A stretch of DNA of 64,000 nt. Origin: a virus. Of the stretch, positions 41,176 through 51,376 are shown piece by piece. A model generated the notes under the pieces. That model did no database searches. It was given only the letters and a program-made list of their open reading frames with translations, and was not told the origin of the DNA. The stretch is taken from the IMG/VR virus record IMGVR_UViG_3300024262_003767; one strand, 5' to 3'. Position 1 is the first letter of the stretch, and each line of letters begins with the position of its first letter. The position numbers and the translations under genes are program-made.

Positions 41176-41832
41176 TTACTTTTCTTTATCTTCTTTGTAA
41201 ATATTTTGTTTTCTTTGTGAAGGTAATTGCTCGGTATGAGTCCAAACTTCTGTATCATAGATACTTTCTTCTTGAATTTCTTGTGTTGTGCTAAGAGCCC
41301 AATCTATATCCAAATATAAAAATTTGAAAGTTAATGAGAATGTTTGTTCTGATATGTCTTGTATATTATATGCAAGTCTAAGTTCAGATTCTGATTTCCA
41401 TAAAACTGAACGAAACTTAACTACATAAATCACATCTCCATCCTTATCAAGAATATCTAAAGTTAACCAAGGCATATAATATTTTCTTGTATTATTATAA
41501 TATTCAGTTAGTATTTGTCTTAACATGAAATAGTTGGCATGCGAATCTATACTTCTAAATGTTATATCTAATTCTTGGGAATTTAAATCGTGAATATTTT
41601 GTGTTGGTTTATATTCAATTTGTTTACTATATTTATGAACCTGTTGTGAACCATCAATTTGCATTGATGGAAAAACAATTTCTTTTATTGTTGAATTTAA
41701 GTAATCAATAGGTTTATTATATGGTATAAAATTCTTATCCATAAACCTTTGAAGTTTATCATTTGTTTCTTCTGAAACAAAATCAGTTGGAAAATTAAAC
41801 TTAAATTGATTATTTTGTGATCCTAATCTCAT
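41176..41832 (-). CDS. Hypothetical protein (possible virion/baseplate component)
   Basis: ORF in the block downstream of the 614-aa protein; no motif. Confidence 0.25.
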   Translation of the reverse strand: MRLGSQNNQFKFNFPTDFVSEETNDKLQRFMDKNFIPYNKPIDYLNSTIKEIVFPSMQIDGSQQVHKYSKQIEYKPTQNIHDLNSQELDITFRSIDSHANYFMLRQILTEYYNNTRKYYMPWLTLDILDKDGDVIYVVKFRSVLWKSESELRLAYNIQDISEQTFSLTFKFLYLDIDWALSTTQEIQEESIYDTEVWTHTEQLPSQRKQNIYKEDKEK

Positions 41833-41846
41833 TTTTAAACATTATT

Positions 41847-42188
41847 TTATCCTGCAACACCACCTGCGCCAGGAACATTTTCACTATCATCTGTACTTTC
41901 ATTTGATAAATCTTGAAAGGCGATAGTCGTATTTTGTACTGTTACTGTTGGAATATCAGAAGTTTGATTGTTGCTGTATCTCTTTAATGGTAGCACTTCT
42001 AATGCTTCTATGTATGGACTTTTTAACAATTCTCTATATAACTCTTCTGATATTTCAGAAGCTACAATTATATTACCAGATTGATATACAACTGAACCAC
42101 CTTCATTTTTAATTAAGTTAGATATTTCAGGATTAAATGTTGAAGCTATTACTGATTCTGCTGTATTATTAGATGATGATGTTGCCAT
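41847..42188 (-). CDS. Hypothetical protein
   Basis: ORF only. Confidence 0.25.
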   Translation of the reverse strand: MATSSSNNTAESVIASTFNPEISNLIKNEGGSVVYQSGNIIVASEISEELYRELLKSPYIEALEVLPLKRYSNNQTSDIPTVTVQNTTIAFQDLSNESTDDSENVPGAGGVAG

Positions 42189-42205
42189 TTTTATATTATT
42201 AATTT

Positions 42206-44050
42206 TTAAGTTGCTCTTATTTGCTCTGCTGGTGAACTTGTTACAGAACTTCGTGATTTCGTGTAAATTATTAACGTTTTACCTGCTTTTGGTTGCCATC
42301 CAGTATTTCCAATATTTACTGGTTTAATATTTGATGTATTAGATGAACTTAATGAACCATCATCCGTTATAGTTATACCATCTTCAACAAATCTAACATC
42401 TTCATAAAATGTGAACGTACCTGAGTATAATAATGTTTTTAATTTGTTGGCTTCTAACGCTATATAAAAATTATTATATCCCTTATCATATATTTTCTTT
42501 AGTACATTTAAATCATTTTCAGCAATTTTAAAATTAACTATACCTAATGTGAAATTATTTGTAGATTCTTTAAAAATTGATTTTTCAATTGATTCTGAAT
42601 CAGATTTAAATATTAATTTAACATCTGAACCTTTTGTTAATTCTGATAAATTAAAAGGTTGTAAACTTTTATTATTTATTAATTTTCCAAGTTTAAATTG
42701 AATCACATTATCAAACGGGGTTATAATTATGTTCAATAACCCCATACCTTTATAATTTTGTGGTTGTGAACTCTTTGGACTATTTACAATAACTTTACCA
42801 ACATCTATTAGAAGAGGATAAGGTATTTTTCTAATTTCAGTCACAAGAGGCTTAGTGCTAAAATCCCTATTAAGTTGAATTTGCTCTGGTTTAGCATTGT
42901 ATATCTTTAAATTATTAATATTTCCAACATCAAGAGAAATTAATCTTTTACCATATTTATGAATACTATCCCTAATTCCAAGTGTTGTAAATCTCACAAT
43001 TTGTGACATATCAACCAAATCAACAACTCTCATTGTAACTTTAATGGCAGCGGTTGTATTAGAGAATGTCATAATTGGTCTATAATATAATTTCTTTGTG
43101 AATATAGCTAAACCTAATGTTGGATCTTCTTCAACAGAAAATGTTTGTTTTGACGTTTGAATATTTTCTTCATAAAGATATACATCATATTCAAATTTTA
43201 CTCGTCTACCTTTTGTATATACATCTTCAATAAATTCGTTAAGATTCTCATTTGATTCACCATAAGTGCCATATATTTCAAAAAAATCACCTTCAGTAGA
43301 TTCTTCGACTTTAACTGCAAGAGTTTGATATTCAGGTGTTTGTGGTATAGACATTCTATACTCATTTGTGGCATAATAGTAATTCACCCCTAATATCGTA
43401 TCTTTACTAGTTAAAAATCTAAAATCTAAGAATATAGGTGCAGTTTGACTTAATCCTTCATGACTTGTTGTTAAATTATAATTTATAGTATTAGGTATTA
43501 CACTATTTGTGTTATCACTTAAAACTCGTTGATTAGATACGTAATTTATAGAAGGCACCTCAAATTCAAAATATTTACCCCATTCAATTTCATCATATAT
43601 GAATGGTATTGCCAAATTCAATAATGTTGAACCACTACGAGCATCTGTATTATCATAGAAAATGTTACTTAGATTATATGTTTTTGTATTATCAAATCCA
43701 TAAGCGAATGTTTTTAAATAAAATCCAACATAACCTTCTGTTTCAAAATTGTAATTTGTTGGTAAATAAACTCTTACCCTATCATATTGTATTGGTGCTG
43801 AACTATAATCTTGTTCTTGTAGATAATTATAACTATTATCAAATACGGTATATTTTCTTAAAACTGGATCGATTTGAAATAAGTTTCTACTTTTACTATT
43901 TAAAAGTGATGTTGAAAGGAAATTTTTCGTATTGTTTTCGTTAATATTTGTTATTATCTGATAATTCTCTGATATAAAATTATTACTATCAAATCCCCAC
44001 TCAATTAATACTTTTGGGTTTATTTTTATATACTTAGAAACAGTCGCCAT
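42206..44050 (-). CDS. Large hypothetical protein (614 aa; Asn/Tyr/Ser-rich, possible structural protein)
   Basis: Composition typical of phage structural proteins; TATATATATTAAA box upstream. Confidence 0.3.
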   Translation of the reverse strand: MATVSKYIKINPKVLIEWGFDSNNFISENYQIITNINENNTKNFLSTSLLNSKSRNLFQIDPVLRKYTVFDNSYNYLQEQDYSSAPIQYDRVRVYLPTNYNFETEGYVGFYLKTFAYGFDNTKTYNLSNIFYDNTDARSGSTLLNLAIPFIYDEIEWGKYFEFEVPSINYVSNQRVLSDNTNSVIPNTINYNLTTSHEGLSQTAPIFLDFRFLTSKDTILGVNYYYATNEYRMSIPQTPEYQTLAVKVEESTEGDFFEIYGTYGESNENLNEFIEDVYTKGRRVKFEYDVYLYEENIQTSKQTFSVEEDPTLGLAIFTKKLYYRPIMTFSNTTAAIKVTMRVVDLVDMSQIVRFTTLGIRDSIHKYGKRLISLDVGNINNLKIYNAKPEQIQLNRDFSTKPLVTEIRKIPYPLLIDVGKVIVNSPKSSQPQNYKGMGLLNIIITPFDNVIQFKLGKLINNKSLQPFNLSELTKGSDVKLIFKSDSESIEKSIFKESTNNFTLGIVNFKIAENDLNVLKKIYDKGYNNFYIALEANKLKTLLYSGTFTFYEDVRFVEDGITITDDGSLSSSNTSNIKPVNIGNTGWQPKAGKTLIIYTKSRSSVTSSPAEQIRAT

Positions 44051-44690
44051 GTTATTTGATTATTTATTATTTACTTATATATATTAAATTGTAAACTTTA
44101 AACCGAAAAATTAATAAAAAGTAAAAATAAAGTCCAACAATGTCATTAACAACAACTGCGGTAAGTTCTAACTATGGCACATTAACCGTCTCAGGTACAC
44201 TTTCAGGTTACACAACAACATCATCGACAATAACAATATGTACAGGGTACACTTACGCAGGTTATGGGTATTCACCTTATCTAATGGGTGTTGATGTTGC
44301 TTATTCAAAATTATCAAATTTAGATTATGAAATAGAATTTTCATATGATGTTGACGATCATTTAAAAAATAGTGTAAGTTTTATAAATCATAAAAAAATC
44401 ACATTTAATTGTGATTTTGTGGAGAAAGATAGAATTCAACCTTATGAACTAATAATGAAAATGATAAGTGAAAAAATAAAATTCGATATCACAATTGATG
44501 TGAGTGATATTTTAACAGTTAAATATCTAGATGTTAGGTTTAAAGATATTGAAAATAATTTTTTATTTAATGGTAAGTGTGACTTTAGTACATTACAAGT
44601 TAAAATTAAATATAAGAGTATAATTTACGATAACCATAAATTACACATAACAGAAAAACGAAAAGATAAATTAAATAAAATAATGGAATT

Positions 44691-45284
44691 GTGATAGATA
44701 GAAGAAATGATATATACAAAATTCTCAATTTAAAAAATTATAAACTTGGTATAGAAGTGGGTACTTTTGAAGGTGATTTTTCAAGAACTATTTTAAGTAC
44801 TTGGAATGGTACATTATATTCTTTAGATATTTGGAAAACATTAGATAATGAAGAATATGTTGATACTAGTAATAATATCACACCATTTGACACATTAGGT
44901 AAGACTATTATTAATATTGAAGGATTTGAAGATAGGAGTGTCTTAATAAGAACCTCATCAGAAAATGGTTCAAAAATATTTCCTAATGAATATTTTGATT
45001 TTGTTTATATTGATGCAAATCATAAATATTCTTATGTTAAACAAGATATAGAATTGTGGTATCCAAAAATAAAACATGGTGGTATGATATCAGGTCACGA
45101 TTATATTAACGATTATAAACCTGATCAAACGGTTAATGGATATGATACTAATGTATGGATAGATAATAATTTTTGTGGATTGTTTGGAGTAAATCCTGCG
45201 GTTGATGAATTTGTTAAAAAATATAATCTAGATTTAAATATAACAAGTGAATATTTTGGTACATGGTACACATTTAAAAAATAA
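44691..45284 (+). CDS. Class I SAM-dependent methyltransferase (Methyltransf_24/TylF-like)
   Basis: LGIEVGTFEGDFS (motif I-like), FDFVYIDANH...HGGMISGHDY. Confidence 0.55.
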   Translation: MIDRRNDIYKILNLKNYKLGIEVGTFEGDFSRTILSTWNGTLYSLDIWKTLDNEEYVDTSNNITPFDTLGKTIINIEGFEDRSVLIRTSSENGSKIFPNEYFDFVYIDANHKYSYVKQDIELWYPKIKHGGMISGHDYINDYKPDQTVNGYDTNVWIDNNFCGLFGVNPAVDEFVKKYNLDLNITSEYFGTWYTFKK

Positions 45285-45491
45285 TTAAATTATGAAAACG
45301 TTAAAGAAAAACAATGAAATTAAAAGAGTAAAAGATTCTTCACCATCAGACGAGGCACAAATTCAAAGTTTATTAAACTCTGGATGGAAATATTGTCCGA
45401 AAAGTGAATGGAAAGCAACAAGACCTGTAAAGGAAAAAGTTGACAAGAAAAAAGTTGACAAGAAAGAGAATAAAAAAAGAGGTATAGATTC

Positions 45492-46370
45492 GTGAGTTTA
45501 AAATTGAAAAAAATTGTAAAATCAACACATGATAATACAATTAAATACATTTATTACACCAACGACAATTTAATTATAGAATTTTCTTACATAGATAAAA
45601 ATGATGGTAAAAATATTATATGTGCACCATCACAAACAATGTGTAATATTGGTTGTAAATTTTGTCACACCACAGATCATATTGGAAAAATCAAAACTAG
45701 AAATTTAACGGAATATGAAATATCTGATGGTGTTGAATATATATATAATGATTTGAATTTATCAAAAAATCCAAAAACATTATTGATATCATATATGGGT
45801 TGTGGTGAACCAATTCTCAATGTAGATGGTGTAGTTAACTCTATGCGTATCATAAACGAGATGTATGATGTATATACAAGGTTTGCAATTGCAACATCAA
45901 TACCAGAATATAAATATATTGAATTTTTTAATTTTACTAATAAAATTGATGAATTAAAATTACCAGTAAAATTACACTTATCGTTACACTATACTATGGA
46001 TCAAATTAGATCGCAATGGATGCCAAAATCTATGAATATTATTGAATCTTTAGCTGCTGTTGATTTTTTCAAAAAGAAAACTAATAATTCAGTTGAAATA
46101 CATTACGCTTTACTTGATGGTGTTAATGATACTGAACAAGATGCAATACTTTTAACTAATTTAATAAAAGATAGAGACTTTAATGTAAAATTTTTATTTT
46201 ATAATAAAAGAGAGATATTGGATATTGAACCATCAGACAAACAAAAATTGAGAACATTTAAAAGATATTTCAATAAATATAATATTGAACATGAGTATTA
46301 TATACCACCAGGATTAGATGTTGGGGCATCATGTGGACAATTCTTAATGGAAGAATATACCGAAAAATAA
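45492..46370 (+). CDS. RlmN/Cfr-family radical SAM RNA methyltransferase lacking the N-terminal domain
   Basis: CAPSQTMCNIGCKFCHT vs RlmN CVSSQVGCALECKFCST; MGCGEPILN vs MGMGEPLLN; HLSLHYT; ALLDGVNDTEQDA; GLDVGASCGQF vs GDDIDAACGQL. Confidence 0.8.
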   Translation: MSLKLKKIVKSTHDNTIKYIYYTNDNLIIEFSYIDKNDGKNIICAPSQTMCNIGCKFCHTTDHIGKIKTRNLTEYEISDGVEYIYNDLNLSKNPKTLLISYMGCGEPILNVDGVVNSMRIINEMYDVYTRFAIATSIPEYKYIEFFNFTNKIDELKLPVKLHLSLHYTMDQIRSQWMPKSMNIIESLAAVDFFKKKTNNSVEIHYALLDGVNDTEQDAILLTNLIKDRDFNVKFLFYNKREILDIEPSDKQKLRTFKRYFNKYNIEHEYYIPPGLDVGASCGQFLMEEYTEK

Positions 46371-46380
46371 AATAAACACA

Positions 46381-46914
46381 ATGAAAGTAATAGTAATTAA
46401 TGGTACAGCACAAACTGGAAAGGATAAGTTTGTCTCTTTTTTTAATGAAGTCGCAACCGAACTAAGAGTAAAGAATTATTCATCAATTGATAGAGTTAAA
46501 CAAATAGCCGAAATATGTTTTGGTTGGGACACTAAAAAGAATGATAAATCTAGAAGATTTTTATCAGAAATTAAAAGAATTTGGACTGATTTTAATGATG
46601 GTCCGTTTGAGGTTATTAAAAATCAAATAGATGTTGATATAATATATTCAAAAAATAATAATAAAGATGTAAGTAAAAATATCTATTTTATACATATACG
46701 AGAACCAGAAGAAATAAAAAAAGTTAAAAAATATTACGATATTTTCTGTGTTACACTTTTAATAAAAAAAGATGTAGATTTTATTCCTGATAATGATTCA
46801 GATAAAAATGTTGAAAATTTTGATTATGATTATATTGTAGATAATAATGGTTCAGAAGAAGAATTAAAAATACGAGCCGAAGAATTTCTAACACACATAA
46901 AAAAAACCTTGTAA
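46381..46914 (+). CDS. Deoxynucleoside monophosphate kinase-like (T4 gp1-like)
   Basis: MKVIVINGTAQTGKDKFVSFF resembles T4 dNMP kinase MKLIFLSGVKRSGKDTTADF. Confidence 0.5.
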   Translation: MKVIVINGTAQTGKDKFVSFFNEVATELRVKNYSSIDRVKQIAEICFGWDTKKNDKSRRFLSEIKRIWTDFNDGPFEVIKNQIDVDIIYSKNNNKDVSKNIYFIHIREPEEIKKVKKYYDIFCVTLLIKKDVDFIPDNDSDKNVENFDYDYIVDNNGSEEELKIRAEEFLTHIKKTL

Positions 46915-46935
46915 GAAATTACAAGGTTTTTTTAT
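46900..46935. terminator. Bidirectional intrinsic terminator between the dNMP-kinase-like gene(+) and clpC(-)
   Basis: AAAAAACCTTGTAA-gaaa-TTACAAGGTTTTTTT, overlapping the stop codon. Confidence 0.7.
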
Positions 46936-46955
46936 GCTTATTGGCGGGTTAATTT

Positions 46956-49472
46956 TTAGGCTTCTAAAAGTGGAGTTTCATCTTTTGGTGGTAATTCTTT
47001 ACTATTCAAATTAACAATAGTAATCTCACCATCTTTACTTCTAAGTGAAACTTTATCACCAATTTTAATTTCACCATTGAGAATAGCATCTGTTAGAGTA
47101 TCTTCAATGTGTCGTTGAATTGCTCTTTTCAATGGTCTTGCACCATATTCAGCATCCCATCCTTCTTCAAATAAGAAGTCTTTAAGTGACTTTGTGATAT
47201 TTACAACATAACCAATATCTTTAAGTCTATCGAGAGTTGTTTTAATTTCAAGGTCAATAATTCTGAAAATGTTGTCTTTTGAAAGAGCGTTGAACATTAT
47301 AAGTTCATCAACTCTATTAAGAAATTCTGGTGCAAATTTCTTTTTCAATTCTTTATCAATAACAGCGTTCTTCTTATCTTGAATGTTTTTGTTGGTGGCA
47401 TTTGTTTGAAATCCCATACCTGTACCAAAATCTTTAAGTTGTCTTGAACCTGTATTCGATGTCATTATGATAATTGCGTTTTTAAAATTAACTCTTCTAC
47501 CATAACTATCAGTAAGAATTCCATCATCAAGAACTTGTAGAAGTATATTAAATACGTCTGGATGCGCTTTTTCCATTTCATCAAGAAGAACAATTGAATA
47601 TGGTTTTCTTCTGATGGCTTCAGTTAATTCACCACCATCATCATAACCAACATATCCTGGAGGCGCTCCAATCAATTTTGAAACTGAATGTTTTTCCATA
47701 TATTCAGACATATCAATTCTAATGAGGTTTTCTTCTGAACCAAAGAGTTCTTTTGCTAGAACCTTTGCTAAGTAAGTTTTACCGACACCTGTAGCACCTA
47801 AGAACATAAATGTTCCGACAGGTTTTTTAGGATCTTTGATACCAATTCTACTACGTTTGATTGAACGAACAATTTTATCAACAGCATCATCTTGTCCAAT
47901 AACAATATTTTTCATTTTAGTTCCAAGATTTCTCAATTTGTTTGATTCATCATCATCAACAGCATCAAGTGGGATTTTGGTCATCATTGAAACAACTTCA
48001 GCAATATCTTCTTTTCCAACGATTTCACGATTTTCGTCCAATTTTTCGTTCCATTCCTCTTTCAATTTTTTCAATTGTTCTGTAAGGTTTCTTTCTTTAT
48101 CTCTCCAAGAAGCAGCTTTTTCAAATTTCTGTTCGTCAACACATTCAGTTTTCTTTTTCTCGGCTTCTGAAATTTTACTTTCAAGAATAGAAATAGCTTT
48201 AGGTTGATTTGAATTTGAATCTACATGAACTTTGGCACCAGCTTCATCCAAAGCGTCAATTGCTTTATCTGGCATAAATCTATCATTCATATATTTATCA
48301 GTCAATTTTACACAAGCTTCAATTGCTTCATCTGTGTACACGACTTTGTGATAATCCTCATATCTAACTTTGAGTTGTTTAAGGATTTCAATAGTTTCTT
48401 CAATGGTAGTAGGTTCTACCACAACTTTTTGAAATCTTCTTTCTAATGCACCATCTTTTTCAATATGTTTTCTATATTCTTCGAGAGTAGTTGCACCAAT
48501 ACATTGGAATGTTCCTCTTGCTAATGCTGGTTTTAACATATTAGATGCATCAAGTGAACCTTGTGCGCTACCAGCACCAATAATTGTATGAATTTCATCA
48601 ATAAAAAGTATAATGTTTGATGTTTCTTCAATTTCTTTGATAATTCCTCTTAAACGAGATTCAAATTCGCCACGATATTTTGTTCCTGCAACAAGGGCAC
48701 CCATATTAAGGGTGAAAATTCTTTTATCTTTAATGTTGTTTGGCACTTTACCATCAACAATTCGTTGTGCTAAACCTTCAACAATTGCAGATTTGCCAAC
48801 TCCAGGCTCACCTATAAGAATAGGATTATTTTTCTTTCTACGTGAAAGAATTTGACTTATTCTTTTAATCTCAATTTTTCTACCAACAACTGGATCGAGA
48901 GAACCTTCTTTTGCTTTTTTGGTAATATCTTCACCAAATTGTTCAATAAGTTTAGGTTTCTTATTTTTATTTGATGCTGTTGTATCACTATGATGCATTT
49001 CTGGATCATCCCAATCTGCACTATTACTTATTCCAGTAACTTTTTCGTGTAATTTTTTAATTATCTCACCTTCATCAATTTTTGAAAACATATCATTTAA
49101 AATATTATTTTTAGTATTTAAGAGTGAAAGTAATACTACATCAGTATCAACATATTTGACATCCATTTCATCAATTATTCCAACACAATTTTCAAGTATG
49201 TCCGTAACTTCTTGTGATAATTGTACTTTATCTTTTCTCTCTGCCAATTGAATATGCTCCATTTGGTTTCTCATTACCAAAGCATCTTGAATAGTTTTTT
49301 TGATTGTTGGAATACGAATATCAATTTCTTGAAGAACTTGATAAGCACGATAATTTTCATCCTCAATTAGAGCCAAAAACAAGTGTTCTGGTTCAATTTC
49401 AGATGATTTATATTGCAACGCAATCGTCTTACTATTCTTAATCACATTATCTACGTCTTTGTTAAAGTTCAT
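46956..49472 (-). CDS. clpC: ClpC-type AAA+ unfoldase (Clp_N, two AAA modules, UVR-like M-domain)
   Basis: Clp_N repeats ([16 protein letters not shown]); Walker [19 protein letters not shown] and GATGVGKT; UVR motif [11 protein letters not shown]; sensor-2 [10 protein letters not shown]. Confidence 0.9.
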   Translation of the reverse strand: MNFNKDVDNVIKNSKTIALQYKSSEIEPEHLFLALIEDENYRAYQVLQEIDIRIPTIKKTIQDALVMRNQMEHIQLAERKDKVQLSQEVTDILENCVGIIDEMDVKYVDTDVVLLSLLNTKNNILNDMFSKIDEGEIIKKLHEKVTGISNSADWDDPEMHHSDTTASNKNKKPKLIEQFGEDITKKAKEGSLDPVVGRKIEIKRISQILSRRKKNNPILIGEPGVGKSAIVEGLAQRIVDGKVPNNIKDKRIFTLNMGALVAGTKYRGEFESRLRGIIKEIEETSNIILFIDEIHTIIGAGSAQGSLDASNMLKPALARGTFQCIGATTLEEYRKHIEKDGALERRFQKVVVEPTTIEETIEILKQLKVRYEDYHKVVYTDEAIEACVKLTDKYMNDRFMPDKAIDALDEAGAKVHVDSNSNQPKAISILESKISEAEKKKTECVDEQKFEKAASWRDKERNLTEQLKKLKEEWNEKLDENREIVGKEDIAEVVSMMTKIPLDAVDDDESNKLRNLGTKMKNIVIGQDDAVDKIVRSIKRSRIGIKDPKKPVGTFMFLGATGVGKTYLAKVLAKELFGSEENLIRIDMSEYMEKHSVSKLIGAPPGYVGYDDGGELTEAIRRKPYSIVLLDEMEKAHPDVFNILLQVLDDGILTDSYGRRVNFKNAIIIMTSNTGSRQLKDFGTGMGFQTNATNKNIQDKKNAVIDKELKKKFAPEFLNRVDELIMFNALSKDNIFRIIDLEIKTTLDRLKDIGYVVNITKSLKDFLFEEGWDAEYGARPLKRAIQRHIEDTLTDAILNGEIKIGDKVSLRSKDGEITIVNLNSKELPPKDETPLLEA

Positions 49473-49538
49473 AATTAATTTTTTTAGTTATAATTTATAT
49501 ATTTAATTTTCTTTATAGGAGTTTTCCTCTTTTGTTTA

Positions 49539-49760
49539 TTAAAATAAATTGAAAATATCAATGTTTTTTGTTTCTCTCTCAAATATCATACCAAGATAAA
49601 ATAATGGAAAAAAGATAATAGATGCTACCCAAATATATATTCCTCGTACAAACCAAGCTGGTTTGATAAATGGTATCGCCCAATTTTTATATAAGTCCCA
49701 ATCTTCTTTCACAAAATTTAGATAAATATATAACATATATTTTGCTATAAATATTTTCAT
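49539..49760 (-). CDS. Small membrane protein
   Basis: Hydrophobic WVASIIFFPLFYLGMIF. Confidence 0.3.
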   Translation of the reverse strand: MKIFIAKYMLYIYLNFVKEDWDLYKNWAIPFIKPAWFVRGIYIWVASIIFFPLFYLGMIFERETKNIDIFNLF

Positions 49761-49777
49761 TCGTTTTTTATTATTTT

Positions 49778-50080
49778 TTAATCTTTCTCAATCGTGAGTG
49801 TTAATCCTTGTTCTTCAAGTGCGGATTTAAAAGGTTTTAATTTATCTTTTGAACCAGTTTTTAAGATACTCGCACCTTTCATATGAACTGTCCAAGCTGT
49901 GTTTTCAGCTTTTTCTGGACTAAAACTCATAATTGATATCAGACATAAAATTACATGATCAAAAGAATTGACTTCATCATTCCATAAAATCAATTTATAG
50001 ACTTTATCATCCGATGGTTCAATACCCGCTTTACTGAGTATTTCTTCTAATGTTTTTGTTATTTCTTTTGTGTCGCTCAT
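49778..50080 (-). CDS. clpS: ClpS adaptor protein
   Basis: YKLILWNDEVNSFDHVILCLISIM...AENTAWTVHMKGASIL matches ClpS (YKVILLNDDYTPMEFV...ATQLML.VH..G). Confidence 0.85.
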   Translation of the reverse strand: MSDTKEITKTLEEILSKAGIEPSDDKVYKLILWNDEVNSFDHVILCLISIMSFSPEKAENTAWTVHMKGASILKTGSKDKLKPFKSALEEQGLTLTIEKD

Positions 50081-51375
50081 ATTCCTAATTCCTCTTTATA
50101 TAGTTTAACAGTATTAAAGTTTCCAGTATATTTTCCTTCACTATCAGACAACTTTACACAATCTCTCCAAACTTTCATTCCTTCAGGTAAGGCTTCAGAC
50201 ATCTTAATTACCATATTTAAAGGTTTTGCCTTTTTTAAAGTTTCCATAAAATAACCACCATTTGGATTTGGTATCGATTCCCAATTAAATTGGTTATGAT
50301 AATCTTCATCATAGATACCATTTTGTGAAACCAAAACAACATCGTTTGATAGCCAAGTACCTATACCATAGGAAGATAATATTTTATTTCTCACACAATT
50401 TTCAATTGTTTTAATTTTTTCTATACTATTTATAGAGTCAGAAAATACAATTGTTTTTGGAATCATACCATTAGGCATTTTAATACCTTTATTTATGTAA
50501 TGTTTGATAGTTTTTTCTGCGAATTCAACAGGTTCACCAGAATCTTGACGAACACCGTCAAATAATTTTGAATAAAATAAATCAAAACCTTCAAAGAAAA
50601 TATCTGTTGTATATGTATCAGAAAGTGCAATTCCTAATGCTCCTTTATAAGCATCTACCCAACGACCCATTCCTACACGATTAGCCATCATCACACCGTA
50701 TTTAGCAGCGTGAAACATAAACCATTCGTGTGCCTGAGTTCCAATTGCTTTAATACCATATTTACGAGCAAACATCACATTGGATGTACCAACGATTGTT
50801 TTTGGTGCAACTTTCAAAAATTCTTCAATAACTCTACCTTGGATAAATTTTGAAAATCTTCTGCGGGTTCCAAATTCAGATAATGAAATTCCAAGTTCAG
50901 ATAATTGTTTAAATTTTTCATCCCAAATTTCCATTGACTTTTCTAAGTCAACTTCTTCACCTGAGAAAAGGAAGAATAATTCTGATATTAAAGCCATTAA
51001 TTGAACTTCCCAAAATATAGTTTTGTGCCAAAAACCTTCAATTTCTATTTCTAATACACCATTTTTTTGAGTAACTTTAACTTCATTAGGATCATATTGA
51101 TAACTCCTAAGATACATATAATAGGAAATATCAAAGAATGGAAGTTTACTTTTCAAATGTTCTTCAATTTCTTTGGTAAATTTTAAATTTTTGAAATGAG
51201 CAATCTGTTCTTTTAACTCGGTAGCAAAACCTTTTGGAAATTTACGGGTTTTATCTCTGAGTATGAACTTATACTTAACCTTAGCGTTAGGATAGTGTTT
51301 TAGTATGGCAAATTGCATGAAATACTTATAGGCGTCCTGATCATCAAATTCGGTAATTATTGGTTTAAATCTCAT
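50077..51375 (-). CDS. pncB: Nicotinate phosphoribosyltransferase (PncB/NAPRT)
   Basis: Colinear with E. coli PncB: DDQDAYKYFMQFAILKHY, LPFFDISYYMYLRSYQYDPNEVKVTQKNGVLEIEIEGFWHKTIFWEVQLMALISE, EFGTRRRFS, VGTSNVMFARKYGIKAIGTQAHEWF. Initially mistaken for NAMPT. Confidence 0.9.
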   Translation of the reverse strand: MRFKPIITEFDDQDAYKYFMQFAILKHYPNAKVKYKFILRDKTRKFPKGFATELKEQIAHFKNLKFTKEIEEHLKSKLPFFDISYYMYLRSYQYDPNEVKVTQKNGVLEIEIEGFWHKTIFWEVQLMALISELFFLFSGEEVDLEKSMEIWDEKFKQLSELGISLSEFGTRRRFSKFIQGRVIEEFLKVAPKTIVGTSNVMFARKYGIKAIGTQAHEWFMFHAAKYGVMMANRVGMGRWVDAYKGALGIALSDTYTTDIFFEGFDLFYSKLFDGVRQDSGEPVEFAEKTIKHYINKGIKMPNGMIPKTIVFSDSINSIEKIKTIENCVRNKILSSYGIGTWLSNDVVLVSQNGIYDEDYHNQFNWESIPNPNGGYFMETLKKAKPLNMVIKMSEALPEGMKVWRDCVKLSDSEGKYTGNFNTVKLYKEELGI

Positions 51376-51376
51376 A

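Noticed and set aside
46381-46914. Possibility that the stop-overlapping hairpin at 46905-46928 is a programmed recoding signal
   Set aside because: The A-run/T-run flanked stem-loop sits between convergent genes and is more simply a bidirectional intrinsic terminator.
47836-48855. Several plus-strand ORFs inside clpC (47836..48207, 48225..48446, 48613..48855)
   Set aside because: Antisense to a strongly conserved AAA+ gene; Ser/Phe-rich artefacts.
50077-51375. First impression of a nicotinamide phosphoribosyltransferase (NAMPT/NadV), as in vibriophage KVP40
   Set aside because: Block-by-block comparison matches E. coli PncB (nicotinate PRTase): DAYK..HY, LPFF...WEVPLLA(V/L)ISE, DFGTRRRFS, VGTSN...GTQAHEWF. 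This also makes biochemical sense next to the PncA nicotinamidase.
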